DNA of 64,000 nucleotides from Pseudomonadota bacterium. GTDB lineage: Bacteria > Bdellovibrionota > FAC87 > UBA2466. This document shows positions 39,692-49,141 of the stretch, in pieces. A model generated the notes under the pieces. That model was not told the origin of the DNA. It worked only from the letters and a program-made list of their open reading frames with translations, and did no database searches. Location of the stretch: assembly GCA_009927165.1 (NCBI GenBank), contig RFNO01000106.1:3409-67408 (forward strand). The letters are read 5' to 3'. The first letter of the stretch is position 1; every line of letters starts with the position of its first letter. The translations under genes and the position numbers were made by a program.

Positions 39692-39745
39692 AGACCCATT
39701 TTACCTTTTATTAGCCTTTTTAGTCAGCGACAAAACTGCTTTTTT

Positions 39746-40387
39746 TTAGTCTAGAAAGAAAATGAGTCCTGAACTGAAACTTACTTGGGTTCTCATTGAA
39801 TCTGTCGGGATTACCCCTGCCTCCAAATCACTTGTAAAATCCCATCCATCTCCAAGGCGAAGTCTTAATCCCGTGCTAGGGCCTACTCGATAACGAAACA
39901 ACCCTGGAGTCATGGCTGAGCTGTCATAAACCGAAATCCGGGAAAATAAGTAATCGAGATGTTGGGAAATACCCAAGTGCCACATCAGACTTCCTCTTAA
40001 GACCAGAGCATATTGCGCGCCCAATCCACTCTCAACGATATTTTGTGTAATGGAAACATCGCCTTCTGATTCAGGTCTCAGGAAAAAACCAATCGAGGGC
40101 TTCAAAAAAAATCTTTGGCTAATCGGAAAAATATAATTTGCTCGTAAACCGAAAACCAACTGAAGCTTCGCAATGTCTCCGGAGGAGTTATTTCCGATAC
40201 CTACCAAACCGGTCTCTAAACCAAAGGCTTGCCGCTCTGATCTGGCCAACTGTTTTTTTGCGGTTGGCATCGATGAAGAGATGACGCTGGCCCGTTCTCT
40301 CGGTGGCATGAGTGGGGCCAGAGGGCGTGCTAGTGCGATGGGTGTGTTGAGAAACAGCAATGTGATTAACAAAGAAAAACTTTTCAT
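39746..40387 (-). CDS. hypothetical outer-membrane protein
   Basis: Signal peptide at the internal Met (MKSFSLLITLLFL), beta-barrel-like pattern, terminal F. Confidence 0.4.
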   Translation of the reverse strand: MKSFSLLITLLFLNTPIALARPLAPLMPPRERASVISSSMPTAKKQLARSERQAFGLETGLVGIGNNSSGDIAKLQLVFGLRANYIFPISQRFFLKPSIGFFLRPESEGDVSITQNIVESGLGAQYALVLRGSLMWHLGISQHLDYLFSRISVYDSSAMTPGLFRYRVGPSTGLRLRLGDGWDFTSDLEAGVIPTDSMRTQVSFSSGLIFFLD

Positions 40388-41628
40388 TAGTTTGCTCCTA
40401 GAGCTCCGAATGCACTTTGATAAATTTGTTGCACTTGGGGTGTTGCTCGATTTCCCAGTGCTTGGATATGGCAATTTTTGAGAGTGTTAAAAGTAACTCG
40501 AGCACTTGATGAACTGAGACCGGTGCAAGTGGCTAAACGATTAAGAAAGGAAATTAAACTTTGACCATTTTGCTCGTGTCCAATCGCTTCGCCTATTTGA
40601 TATTGCACAGAAGCCCAAACTGCACCTCCATCATGAGAATCAAAATCCACTGAAGTGCGAATCGCTTGAAGTTGCTGATTAGTTAGCACTTTTGGATGGG
40701 ACAGGTCTCTATCGCCTGCATTTGGAAAACTACAGTGAAAAAAACCAGGATCCCGAGTGGCTAAAAAGGCAAAGTAATCAGAATTTCCCTCGTCAAAAGC
40801 ATTAAGAGTATTTTCTGATTCATCAGTGAGATTTTTTCCGGCCTCAGAACGTTTCATGTGAAAAGCATACTGGGTAAAGTAATGAGCAAACTCATGGACC
40901 ATGACTCCTGCGTTAAACCCAAGTGGAATGGTTTTAATTTCTTCGTTGGGAAAAGATAGAAAGTAGTTTCTCGGACCTTGTGGTCCATCCATTTGGAGGT
41001 AAGCTGCATTATCACTCAGCATTTTTCCTTCTTCGGGAATGGCTTTGATTTTTGCATTTTGAACGATGAACGTATCTCTTAAGTTAGGAACTATGCTGTT
41101 CAAATCACCCGCAGGATCTAGATTTTTAAAAAGAAAATATCCTTTCTCCAAAGAGTAGTAGAGACTGGCTGCTATCAAGCTAGTTTTGTCGAGAGGTCCA
41201 AATGTGTTTCCCGATCCGGCAAATCTCAGGTCCAATCGTTGAAACCCCATACCGGATTCTAAAATGCTGGAACTGCTTTCCAGATCGTCTTGATGGCTCA
41301 CCACTTGGCCCATGAGCCCTCGCATTTCGGAAACACTATCAAGAGTTTGAATGGTGGCTGGACCCACCTGGTATTTGCAGTAGGCCCCCGACGGTTGAAT
41401 CACGGTCATGGTGATGGGTCCACCCAAAAAAGACTGAGTGCAAGAGCTCAAGGCGAGGCTTACTAAAAGCCAAACGGATTTTGAAAGTGAATTCTGCAAG
41501 GATTCAAAAAGCTTCATGTCATGTCTCGACAAAAGAAAGAGCAGAAAACATGCCATGGAAGGAGCGTAGACAATCGGAATTTTAGGCAGAGTTTTATCAG
41601 GGATTGATAAAGGGCTGTAGATTGTCAC
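40387..41628 (-). CDS. secreted protein with HExxH zinc-metalloprotease motif
   Basis: Signal peptide; VMVHEFAHYF is the only recognisable motif. Confidence 0.45.
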   Translation of the reverse strand: MTIYSPLSIPDKTLPKIPIVYAPSMACFLLFLLSRHDMKLFESLQNSLSKSVWLLVSLALSSCTQSFLGGPITMTVIQPSGAYCKYQVGPATIQTLDSVSEMRGLMGQVVSHQDDLESSSSILESGMGFQRLDLRFAGSGNTFGPLDKTSLIAASLYYSLEKGYFLFKNLDPAGDLNSIVPNLRDTFIVQNAKIKAIPEEGKMLSDNAAYLQMDGPQGPRNYFLSFPNEEIKTIPLGFNAGVMVHEFAHYFTQYAFHMKRSEAGKNLTDESENTLNAFDEGNSDYFAFLATRDPGFFHCSFPNAGDRDLSHPKVLTNQQLQAIRTSVDFDSHDGGAVWASVQYQIGEAIGHEQNGQSLISFLNRLATCTGLSSSSARVTFNTLKNCHIQALGNRATPQVQQIYQSAFGALGAN

Positions 41629-41710
41629 TGGTAGTGCTATCGCTTTGATAGGCTAAAAAAAAGCCGCCTGGGTTCAGGCGGCTTTCTCAAAACAGAAAAG
41701 TTAGCTAGTG

Positions 41711-42106
41711 TCAGGTCATCTGATTAGCTGCACCACCAGTTTGAAGAATTGTTTCTTCTCTGCGTTCTTCTGCTTCCATCTCGGATTTGCAGTTGATGCA
41801 CAGGGTGGTTACTGGACGCGCCATCAGTCGTTTTACCGAAATGGCCTCTCCGCAGGATTCACAGATTCCGTAAGTCCCCTCATCAATCTTTTTTAGTGCT
41901 TCATAAACCTTGCTGATGAGCTTTCTCTCACGGTCTTTAATACGAAGTTCGAAACTGCGTTCGCTTTCTAAAGACGCTTGGTCGTTGATATCCGCCAAAG
42001 GCGAATTCGTGCCTAACGAAGGTACTTCCTTATTAAAGTCTGTTTGGAGTTCTTTGAGTTGCCCCATCAGAACCTTTTTTAGTTTTTCTCTATCGTTCTT
42101 ATTCAT
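41711..42106 (-). CDS. dksA: DksA/TraR-family C4 zinc-finger transcription factor
   Basis: Coiled-coil N-terminus then CESCGEAI...CINCK. Confidence 0.75.
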   Translation of the reverse strand: MNKNDREKLKKVLMGQLKELQTDFNKEVPSLGTNSPLADINDQASLESERSFELRIKDRERKLISKVYEALKKIDEGTYGICESCGEAISVKRLMARPVTTLCINCKSEMEAEERREETILQTGGAANQMT

Positions 42107-42398
42107 AGTTACTTTCCATCCCCCCCGGGATTTTCCCGAATCATCAGGATTAACAGAACCCAGGGAAAAGTCAAACCCTCCCTGTTTCGACTTAAATATA
42201 TGATTTTAATAACAAAACCCTTTTCTGTGCCCCAGGGCTTTTAAAGCACAAGGGGGGTCTTCTTTGAGCGAATATGTGTTTCGGGGCCACATATTAGGGG
42301 GAGGAGGCAAGCCCAAAGAAGACTCCCCAGGCACTTTCCCGACTCTCTCAAGTCGGGCTTTACGTACTGCTAACGTGCAACTCAAACCTAAATCGTTT

Positions 42399-43259
42399 TT
42401 AGCGGTGCGTCGCAAACCCCCTTGGTATTTGATAACGGTTCGGGGATACCCCATCCGACCCCGTTGAGGGAGCGTAAGAGGGGCTATAAGGCGAAACTCC
42501 AACTGTGCTACCCGGCGTGACGGGCGAAGGATTGGTATAAGTTTGAATACCGGGTTGAGGGCACATCACCGTGATATTGTCGCATCCTCCGTATGGGAGG
42601 GGATTAGAGGATGGGGGAACAATAGTATTGTCATACGGAACAGGTGACGTCGGACCAGTTCCCAATCCAATCGGCAAACTTGTGATGGGATTTCCCGGAT
42701 TGTAGGGATCCGTTGGGTAAACCGGTGGATAAACTGGCGGATAAAATGGGCTTGGGCCAACGGGCGAAATGGGAGAGTAAGGATTCGGATAAGTAGGCCC
42801 TGTCCCTAAACCTGGAATAACAGGATTACTCAGCTGATTCAAAATTCCATTTTGGTAAGTAATCAAATTGAGCAATTGGATATCGACAGGATTTACTCCT
42901 GAATAACTTCCGTAGCCTCCGAGTCCAACTGAGTCGTAACAAGAGCCACAAGACTGTGTAAAAGTTCCGCAACCACCACCCCAACCATAAGAAGGTGAAG
43001 AAGAGGTGAAAGTCGGAGACGAAAAACTAAAAAGATATTGAGTCGGATTGCTCAAGTACACCGGGACTTGAATGGGGACTGTCACAGGGGCACAGGCACT
43101 GGCTATTGAATTTAAGTTCTGGCCAAACGAATACAAGTTGTAACCACCTGTGTTATAAAGGCCACAGCTACTGCACATTTCCGCTTGAGCTTGTTCTGGG
43201 GCGATAAAAAATAAACTCGTCAGGATGGTTGCCCCGATAATCTTTTTAAACCAATTCAT
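42399..43259 (-). CDS. Pro/Tyr/Gly-rich low-complexity secreted protein
   Basis: Signal peptide, PVYPPVYP-type repeats, several Cys. Confidence 0.4.
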   Translation of the reverse strand: MNWFKKIIGATILTSLFFIAPEQAQAEMCSSCGLYNTGGYNLYSFGQNLNSIASACAPVTVPIQVPVYLSNPTQYLFSFSSPTFTSSSPSYGWGGGCGTFTQSCGSCYDSVGLGGYGSYSGVNPVDIQLLNLITYQNGILNQLSNPVIPGLGTGPTYPNPYSPISPVGPSPFYPPVYPPVYPTDPYNPGNPITSLPIGLGTGPTSPVPYDNTIVPPSSNPLPYGGCDNITVMCPQPGIQTYTNPSPVTPGSTVGVSPYSPSYAPSTGSDGVSPNRYQIPRGFATHR

Positions 43260-43538
43260 TTACTCCCTCATGCAACTTTTAAGAATTCAAACCATCAAAC
43301 AGTAAACGTGAACTTGGTTAGTGTCCCAAGAGGAGCAAGCGGTGTGCCATTTTATTTAGCCTGGAAGGATTCAAGTGCGAATGGGTCGTGCTCCATTTCA
43401 AAGGATATTTTAGAGCGACTAGAGCAGGGAGCCTTTATTTATAGGTACATAGCTTGTAAACTGTTTAGACAACCTGTTAGACAAAAAAGTGTTTCCTTCC
43501 GTATTCCTAAAGAGGTCTGACTTTAACTGGAGGTTTTT

Positions 43539-44354
43539 TTGAAAACGCCATTAATAGCTTTTCTTTTTTGGTGTGTTCTGACTTCATTTTCTTGGGGCTA
43601 TTCAGACTTTGTGCCTCTGCGTGAGAGAGCTCAAGGGCACTCACTGACTGGAGCTATTCAAACTAACGATAGTATTTACTCGAATCCTGCAGCTGGCATT
43701 TTTGCAACGACTTATTCGGTAGAGGGTACTTTTGCTTTTCCGAAATCCTTTTCTACTTCTATTTTGGATACCCGAACTTCTCAAGTGGGTGGAGGCATTG
43801 GCTACTTTAAGGATCAAAGCTCTGAACTTAACCTACAGGGACTTCGATTGACCGCTAGCTCAAGAGTTTCCGAAAACGTCGGATTAGCCATTGCTGGAAA
43901 AGCTGTTTGGGGAAATCGACTGAACAAAAATACAGAAAGTGCGAGCTTAAAAGATGTAGATGTAGGAGCCCTTTGGAATTTAGGATTTATGACAGCGGGT
44001 GCAGTGTTACGAAATTCTTTTGGGGGAGATGAGTCTGTCAATCAGGAAAGAGAACTCTCCATTGGAGCGAGAATGGGATACTCCGACGCAGTATTTTTTT
44101 CGGCATCAGCCCACTCCAAGCTCAGACAGATTACCCCTTATGAATTTGGCTTTGGTATGGAGTACGTCTCTCCGTGGTTTTTTTCTTTAATGGGGGGATA
44201 TCGATTCCAAACAGCTCAGGGAACTCCCAACTCTTGCTGGAGTACTGGCGTAAGTTTTCTTAGTCCCCGACTTTCAGTTCATTACGCTGTTGAATTCCCT
44301 CGGCAAACTCAAGATTCAGCGTCGCATCTTTTAGGTGCGACAATGAATTTTTAG
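43539..44354 (+). CDS. hypothetical outer-membrane protein
   Basis: Signal peptide; ends ...ATMNF. Confidence 0.4.
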   Translation: MKTPLIAFLFWCVLTSFSWGYSDFVPLRERAQGHSLTGAIQTNDSIYSNPAAGIFATTYSVEGTFAFPKSFSTSILDTRTSQVGGGIGYFKDQSSELNLQGLRLTASSRVSENVGLAIAGKAVWGNRLNKNTESASLKDVDVGALWNLGFMTAGAVLRNSFGGDESVNQERELSIGARMGYSDAVFFSASAHSKLRQITPYEFGFGMEYVSPWFFSLMGGYRFQTAQGTPNSCWSTGVSFLSPRLSVHYAVEFPRQTQDSASHLLGATMNF

Positions 44355-44369
44355 AAACAATCAAAAACT

Positions 44370-45173
44370 TTGAAAAAGCTTATTCTCATCTTAAATCTCT
44401 TTTTTCTTGTTCCCTATAATTGGGCCTTTGAACAATTAGGACTGGAACTACTTCCTTCCAAGCGGCCTTTCCGTTTAACTTTTGCTGATCCCAGAGAAAT
44501 ACGAATGGCTCTCAGTTTTCAGGGAAGTTCGGGTATTAACGCCTCGATAGGGAATTATTTTTCACTTTTAGGAATTAAACCTGTTTCAGAGGGGCTGCAG
44601 CCAGATTGGATTGCTCATGCAGGATTGGAGGGAGCTGGATATTTCACCATGAGGCAAGCGGACAGCCGCTTTCCTTTAGAAACTGCGGATGGTCTTATTG
44701 GTACTTATTTCGAAGGGGCCTCTGGACCTTTTCAGGGACAGCTCCGATTTACTCACATCTCTGCTCATTTGGCTGATGGTAGTTCGGGAGTGCCTATCGC
44801 ATACAGCCGAGAGTTTATTTCTTTGCGTGTGGGTTACGTGCCAGGCGAAGAGCTGCAGGTGTACTCTGGATTACAAGTATTGGTTAATACCGTTCCCAAA
44901 GTAGAGCCTTGGGCTCTCCAACTTGGTGGGAATTTTTTCTTACCAGGACAGAGCAACCTGACTCCTTTTGTCTCGGCTGATTTAAAATGGCGTCAGGAGA
45001 GTCCCGAAAATCCAGCTATTCACCTTCTGATGGGATTGGCTTTAAATAATCCTCCCCAGGCATTTCGATCATTTCGCTTTTATTATGCTTACTTTACGGG
45101 CGCGGATCCTCGTGGCCAATTTTACAACCAAGTGGTTACTACGCACTCTGTCGGAATTGATATGCAAATTTGA
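44370..45173 (+). CDS. hypothetical outer-membrane protein
   Basis: Signal peptide; beta-rich; ends ...DMQI. Confidence 0.4.
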   Translation: MKKLILILNLFFLVPYNWAFEQLGLELLPSKRPFRLTFADPREIRMALSFQGSSGINASIGNYFSLLGIKPVSEGLQPDWIAHAGLEGAGYFTMRQADSRFPLETADGLIGTYFEGASGPFQGQLRFTHISAHLADGSSGVPIAYSREFISLRVGYVPGEELQVYSGLQVLVNTVPKVEPWALQLGGNFFLPGQSNLTPFVSADLKWRQESPENPAIHLLMGLALNNPPQAFRSFRFYYAYFTGADPRGQFYNQVVTTHSVGIDMQI

Positions 45174-45282
45174 CCGCTCTTGGAAGCAGAGCTTCTGAGT
45201 TTTTTAAGGGCAGAACGGTTTCAGCACTGGTACAATAAAGATATCCATCTTCAGTCTTCGCTTTAATTCCAGAGGAAAAATT

Positions 45283-46161
45283 ATGAAATGCTTGATGCCA
45301 ATGCGTTCGGTGTCCCTTTTGGCCTTAGTTGTTTTGCTATCTAGTTGTGGAATTGTTCATTACCCCGGACAACCTGGTATGGTTCCAAGTACTTTTTCAA
45401 AGTTAGACTTGGAAGTCTTAGAGGAGCCCGGTCTATTTGTTTACGAATCCGTCTACGACAATACTTCTTCCGGTCAAGGTGTGACTGCAGTGATTACTAA
45501 GCTGTATCCGAAAGCTCAAACCTACACGACCAATGTGCGGACCAATGCAGACGGTACTCTTTTTCGTGTGAAAGCCCAATACAACGGTGCTGATATTCAA
45601 ATGATTTCTATGCCTCAGCAAAATCAGATTTATGTGAATCCCGGCCACCAATTGATGTTCTTAGTGGATTGTGAAAATTCAGTGGATGAAATTGACGAGA
45701 AAAATATTGCTGAAGAAAACTTATTCAAGCCGAGCAATTTTCTCCAACTTTCTCAAAAAGCCTTCGAAACAAAGCGACTAAAATGGGAAATTATCAAAGC
45801 GGCTCGGTTTTTACCTTCTGGAAACTTAGGCTACGAAATTACGTCGCTCCAAATGAATCAAGCGAAATTTGTACCTACCACTCCAGTCACCCTAGAAACC
45901 ACATTGAATCAGAATGCCATTAAAACGACGCTTTCAACCGAGACCAAAGGGGAGTTCGTGAGCTTTCTTGAGTCGAATTTTCCTAAGGGATATCGAGGAA
46001 AAGTTGATTTCTTCGTTAAGGATTCGGTTGTGCCGCTGACATTTAATTTGGGAGTAAATACTTTCAAGACTGCTGAGGCGAGTGGATTGAAAATCATTCG
46101 AGGAATACCGGAGGCTTTGATTAAAGATATTCTGGGAAAGTCCTCTTCAGACAAAAAATAA
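45283..46161 (+). CDS. hypothetical lipoprotein
   Basis: LLSSCG lipobox. Confidence 0.4.
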   Translation: MKCLMPMRSVSLLALVVLLSSCGIVHYPGQPGMVPSTFSKLDLEVLEEPGLFVYESVYDNTSSGQGVTAVITKLYPKAQTYTTNVRTNADGTLFRVKAQYNGADIQMISMPQQNQIYVNPGHQLMFLVDCENSVDEIDEKNIAEENLFKPSNFLQLSQKAFETKRLKWEIIKAARFLPSGNLGYEITSLQMNQAKFVPTTPVTLETTLNQNAIKTTLSTETKGEFVSFLESNFPKGYRGKVDFFVKDSVVPLTFNLGVNTFKTAEASGLKIIRGIPEALIKDILGKSSSDKK

Positions 46162-46171
46162 CGAGTTCTTT

Positions 46172-47458
46172 ATGATAAAAATTTCGGCAGCAGCTCTGCT
46201 ACTGATCGGCTTTTCAGCTTACTCCGATGATTACTTGGTTCTTTTCAAGCAGGCGGAAATTTCTGTTGGAAGTATGGATCACGAGGCCTATACAGAATCA
46301 CTTCAAAATGCCAACGAAAAGAGCATTACTCAATTAAAGGATTGGCTGGCGACACAAAGAATTACTCCTCACAAAGAATCAAAAAATCTGTGGTTGGTTA
46401 GAGGAGCTACTCTCGCAGTGGAAACTGAGGCCGCAAAAAAACTGAAGAAGGAACCCTGGATTCATGGAGTATATCGTGATCAGATGAGACAAATGGTACC
46501 TCCTCAGTCGACTACCGTTGTGGGAGACACATTGAACGAAGTCGGTGCTGAGGACCTCTGGGGTCTGGAGCGAATGGGATTAAATCAAATTCGCAGTGAG
46601 TTTCCCCATTTAGACGGGCGTGGAATTTCCATTGGCATTTTGGACACGGGTATTCAAGGTAAGCATCCCGAACTATCGGGGAGAGTTAAAAAGTTTCGAG
46701 ATTTTGTGAGCCACATCCAATACGAATACGATGATCATGGACATGGAACACACGTCGCCGGGACCATTGCAGGAAAGAAAACGGGGTTTGCCCCCCGGAG
46801 TGAATTGCTGATGGCAAAAATTTTTGGAGCAGTTGGTGGTGGACAAGATTCTGCTATCATCGAAGCAATGCAATGGCAGTTTGATCCAGATGGCGATCCT
46901 GCTACATCTGATTTTCCACGAATAATCAGCAATTCTTGGGGTGCTGAAATCGAAGATCGTGTACATGATATTGAGGAGTATCTTCCCTTTCATTTGGCCA
47001 TTCAAGCTTGGATCAATGGCGGGATTATCCCAATCTTTTCTGCAGGCAACTCGGGAAAAAGTCCCAATGGCATTCCCGGGGGACTGCCAGATGTTATTGC
47101 AGTAGGTGCTTTTGATAAAACCGATACCATTGCTGAGTTTTCAAGCCGTGGTCCTAATCTTTGGAAGATAGGGCCCAGCGTGTTGACTGTTCTCAAGCCC
47201 GATATTTCGGCACCTGGCGTAGCAATTGGATCTTCTTTTCCTGGAAATAAATATGCGGTCTGGGATGGAACATCCATGGCTGCACCACACGTCAGCGGAG
47301 CGATAGCTTTGCTGTTACAAGCAAACCCAAAACTTAATTTTTCAGACGTGAAAATGTTACTGATGAACACATCTGAAAAAAAGGGAGATGGTTTGTTTGG
47401 CTACGGCATTATGAATGCCTATGAACTTATCAAAGCCGGCCTTCAGTTGAGAAAGTAG
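46172..47458 (+). CDS. secreted subtilisin-like (S8) serine protease
   Basis: GILDTGI (Asp), HGTHVAGTIAG (His), GTSMAAPHVSGAIALL (Ser). Confidence 0.85.
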   Translation: MIKISAAALLLIGFSAYSDDYLVLFKQAEISVGSMDHEAYTESLQNANEKSITQLKDWLATQRITPHKESKNLWLVRGATLAVETEAAKKLKKEPWIHGVYRDQMRQMVPPQSTTVVGDTLNEVGAEDLWGLERMGLNQIRSEFPHLDGRGISIGILDTGIQGKHPELSGRVKKFRDFVSHIQYEYDDHGHGTHVAGTIAGKKTGFAPRSELLMAKIFGAVGGGQDSAIIEAMQWQFDPDGDPATSDFPRIISNSWGAEIEDRVHDIEEYLPFHLAIQAWINGGIIPIFSAGNSGKSPNGIPGGLPDVIAVGAFDKTDTIAEFSSRGPNLWKIGPSVLTVLKPDISAPGVAIGSSFPGNKYAVWDGTSMAAPHVSGAIALLLQANPKLNFSDVKMLLMNTSEKKGDGLFGYGIMNAYELIKAGLQLRK

Positions 47459-47480
47459 TCCTCAAAATAGGAGATAAACA

Positions 47481-47984
47481 ATGAAAGCTCTTTTAGTGCT
47501 TAGTGCACTCACTTTGTCTATGATGAGTTGGTCAGTGGTTGAAGTTGGGGAAAAATCTCCCGAACTTTGCTGGAAGAATGTCCAGTCAAAAGAGATTTGT
47601 CTTCGAAATGTGCACAATAAAGCAGTGGTACTAATCTACAACACGGGGTGGTGTCCCGGGTGCCAAGAAGAGATCTCAGAACTCTCCAAAAGATATGATG
47701 AGATAAAAAAAGATGATGCTTTGCTCATTTCGTTGTCTGCAGAAGGATTTCAGCATGGACAGCCAGCCAATGAGGAGTTTCTGAATCAGTTCCAAAAAAA
47801 ATATCAGATACCCTTTGAAGTAGCCTCTTCTCCAAACAATGCGGGGAAGGAATTTTTTAAGCCGCCCTACTACATCCCCGCTACGGTAATCCTCGATAGA
47901 AACGGGGTTTTACAATTCAAAAAAGTAGATGCCTCAGTTGATGAAATATTCTCTTGGGTAAAAAAGCTCTCTGCTGAACGGTAA
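47481..47984 (+). CDS. periplasmic thioredoxin-like (TlpA/redoxin) protein
   Basis: Signal peptide and WCPGC motif. Confidence 0.6.
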   Translation: MKALLVLSALTLSMMSWSVVEVGEKSPELCWKNVQSKEICLRNVHNKAVVLIYNTGWCPGCQEEISELSKRYDEIKKDDALLISLSAEGFQHGQPANEEFLNQFQKKYQIPFEVASSPNNAGKEFFKPPYYIPATVILDRNGVLQFKKVDASVDEIFSWVKKLSAER

Positions 47985-47989
47985 GCGGT

Positions 47990-49141
47990 TCAGCTCGGAT
48001 GGGTGTGGTTTTCAGTGGGTGATGTTGCATTTTCCAAGTGATGAGTCCAAGCTTGCTCTGTAAAACGTCTCAGCTGAATGATGAATTGCTCTCTTGAAAA
48101 AAGAGCAGCTCTTTTTAAACACTGTTCTTTTGAATTCATTTTGAGAGATTCAAATTCCAGGATTGCACTGACCAACCCATCTACGGTTTGATCGTTAAAG
48201 AAGATACCGGTTTCACCAGCGATAACAGTTTCCGTTACGCCTCCTTGATTGAAGGCAATTACTGGCGTCCCCGAAGCCATTGCTTCTAAGGGAGTAATTC
48301 CAAAGTCTTCTTGACCTGGAAAAATCAACGCTTTTGCACCGGCATACATTTCGGTGAGTACTTTAAGAGGAGCTTTTCCCAGGAATTCCGTAGTAGGACC
48401 TGCCAGACTCTTCAATTTAGCTTCGTCTTGACCTCCGCCAATGATCACTAACCTTCGCCCTAATCTTTGGCATGCTTGAATGGCCAAATCCACTCTTTTG
48501 TACGGAGCAAACGCTGAGACAATCAAGTAATAGTTTCCTTTTTCTCCCGCTGCTGGACGAAAGTGTTCCAAATTCACAAAAGGATAAATAACAAAAGCTT
48601 CTCTACGATAGTATTTCTTTATCCGTTGCTTAACCCAACGAGAGAGGGTTAAAAAATAATCCACGCGAGCACTGCTGGAGACATCCCACATTCTCAGGTA
48701 ATGCAAAAAAGGGTAAATGAAAGGTTGAAGAAAGCTTTTTGCAAAATAATCAGAGTATCGATCCCAAGCGTACCGCATTGGAGTGAATGAATAACAAATA
48801 TGTAGGGCATTAGGGCGTGGAATGATCCCTTTGGCGACACAGTGGCTAGTTGAAATAACTAAATCAAATTCCTGAACATCGATTTTTTCGATAGCCATTG
48901 GAAATAAAGGTAACAGAAAGCGATAAAATCTCTGGGCGCCGGGAATGGAGTTTAAAAAGGAAGTGTGAATAGGCCGATTTTCAATTCTGGAATTGAGAGT
49001 GCCCGGGGTATAGAAAAGAGTAAAAAGTTCAGCTTGTGGAAAAACTTCCAAAACTGCATCCAATACTTGCTCTCCGCCGCGAAAGCCATTGAGCCAGTCA
49101 TGAACTACTGCAACTCTAAGTTGATTAAGATTAGTAAGCAT
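47990..49141 (-). CDS. glycosyltransferase family 4 (GT-B)
   Basis: EDFGITPLEAMASGTPVIAF E-x7-E motif. Confidence 0.8.
   Translation of the reverse strand: MLTNLNQLRVAVVHDWLNGFRGGEQVLDAVLEVFPQAELFTLFYTPGTLNSRIENRPIHTSFLNSIPGAQRFYRFLLPLFPMAIEKIDVQEFDLVISTSHCVAKGIIPRPNALHICYSFTPMRYAWDRYSDYFAKSFLQPFIYPFLHYLRMWDVSSSARVDYFLTLSRWVKQRIKKYYRREAFVIYPFVNLEHFRPAAGEKGNYYLIVSAFAPYKRVDLAIQACQRLGRRLVIIGGGQDEAKLKSLAGPTTEFLGKAPLKVLTEMYAGAKALIFPGQEDFGITPLEAMASGTPVIAFNQGGVTETVIAGETGIFFNDQTVDGLVSAILEFESLKMNSKEQCLKRAALFSREQFIIQLRRFTEQAWTHHLENATSPTENHTHPS

Noticed and set aside
42206-42502. 98-aa minus-strand ORF and 67-aa plus-strand ORF in the dksA leader
   Set aside because: They overlap each other on opposite strands, have no RBS, and give an odd composition when translated. 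The region is treated as noncoding.
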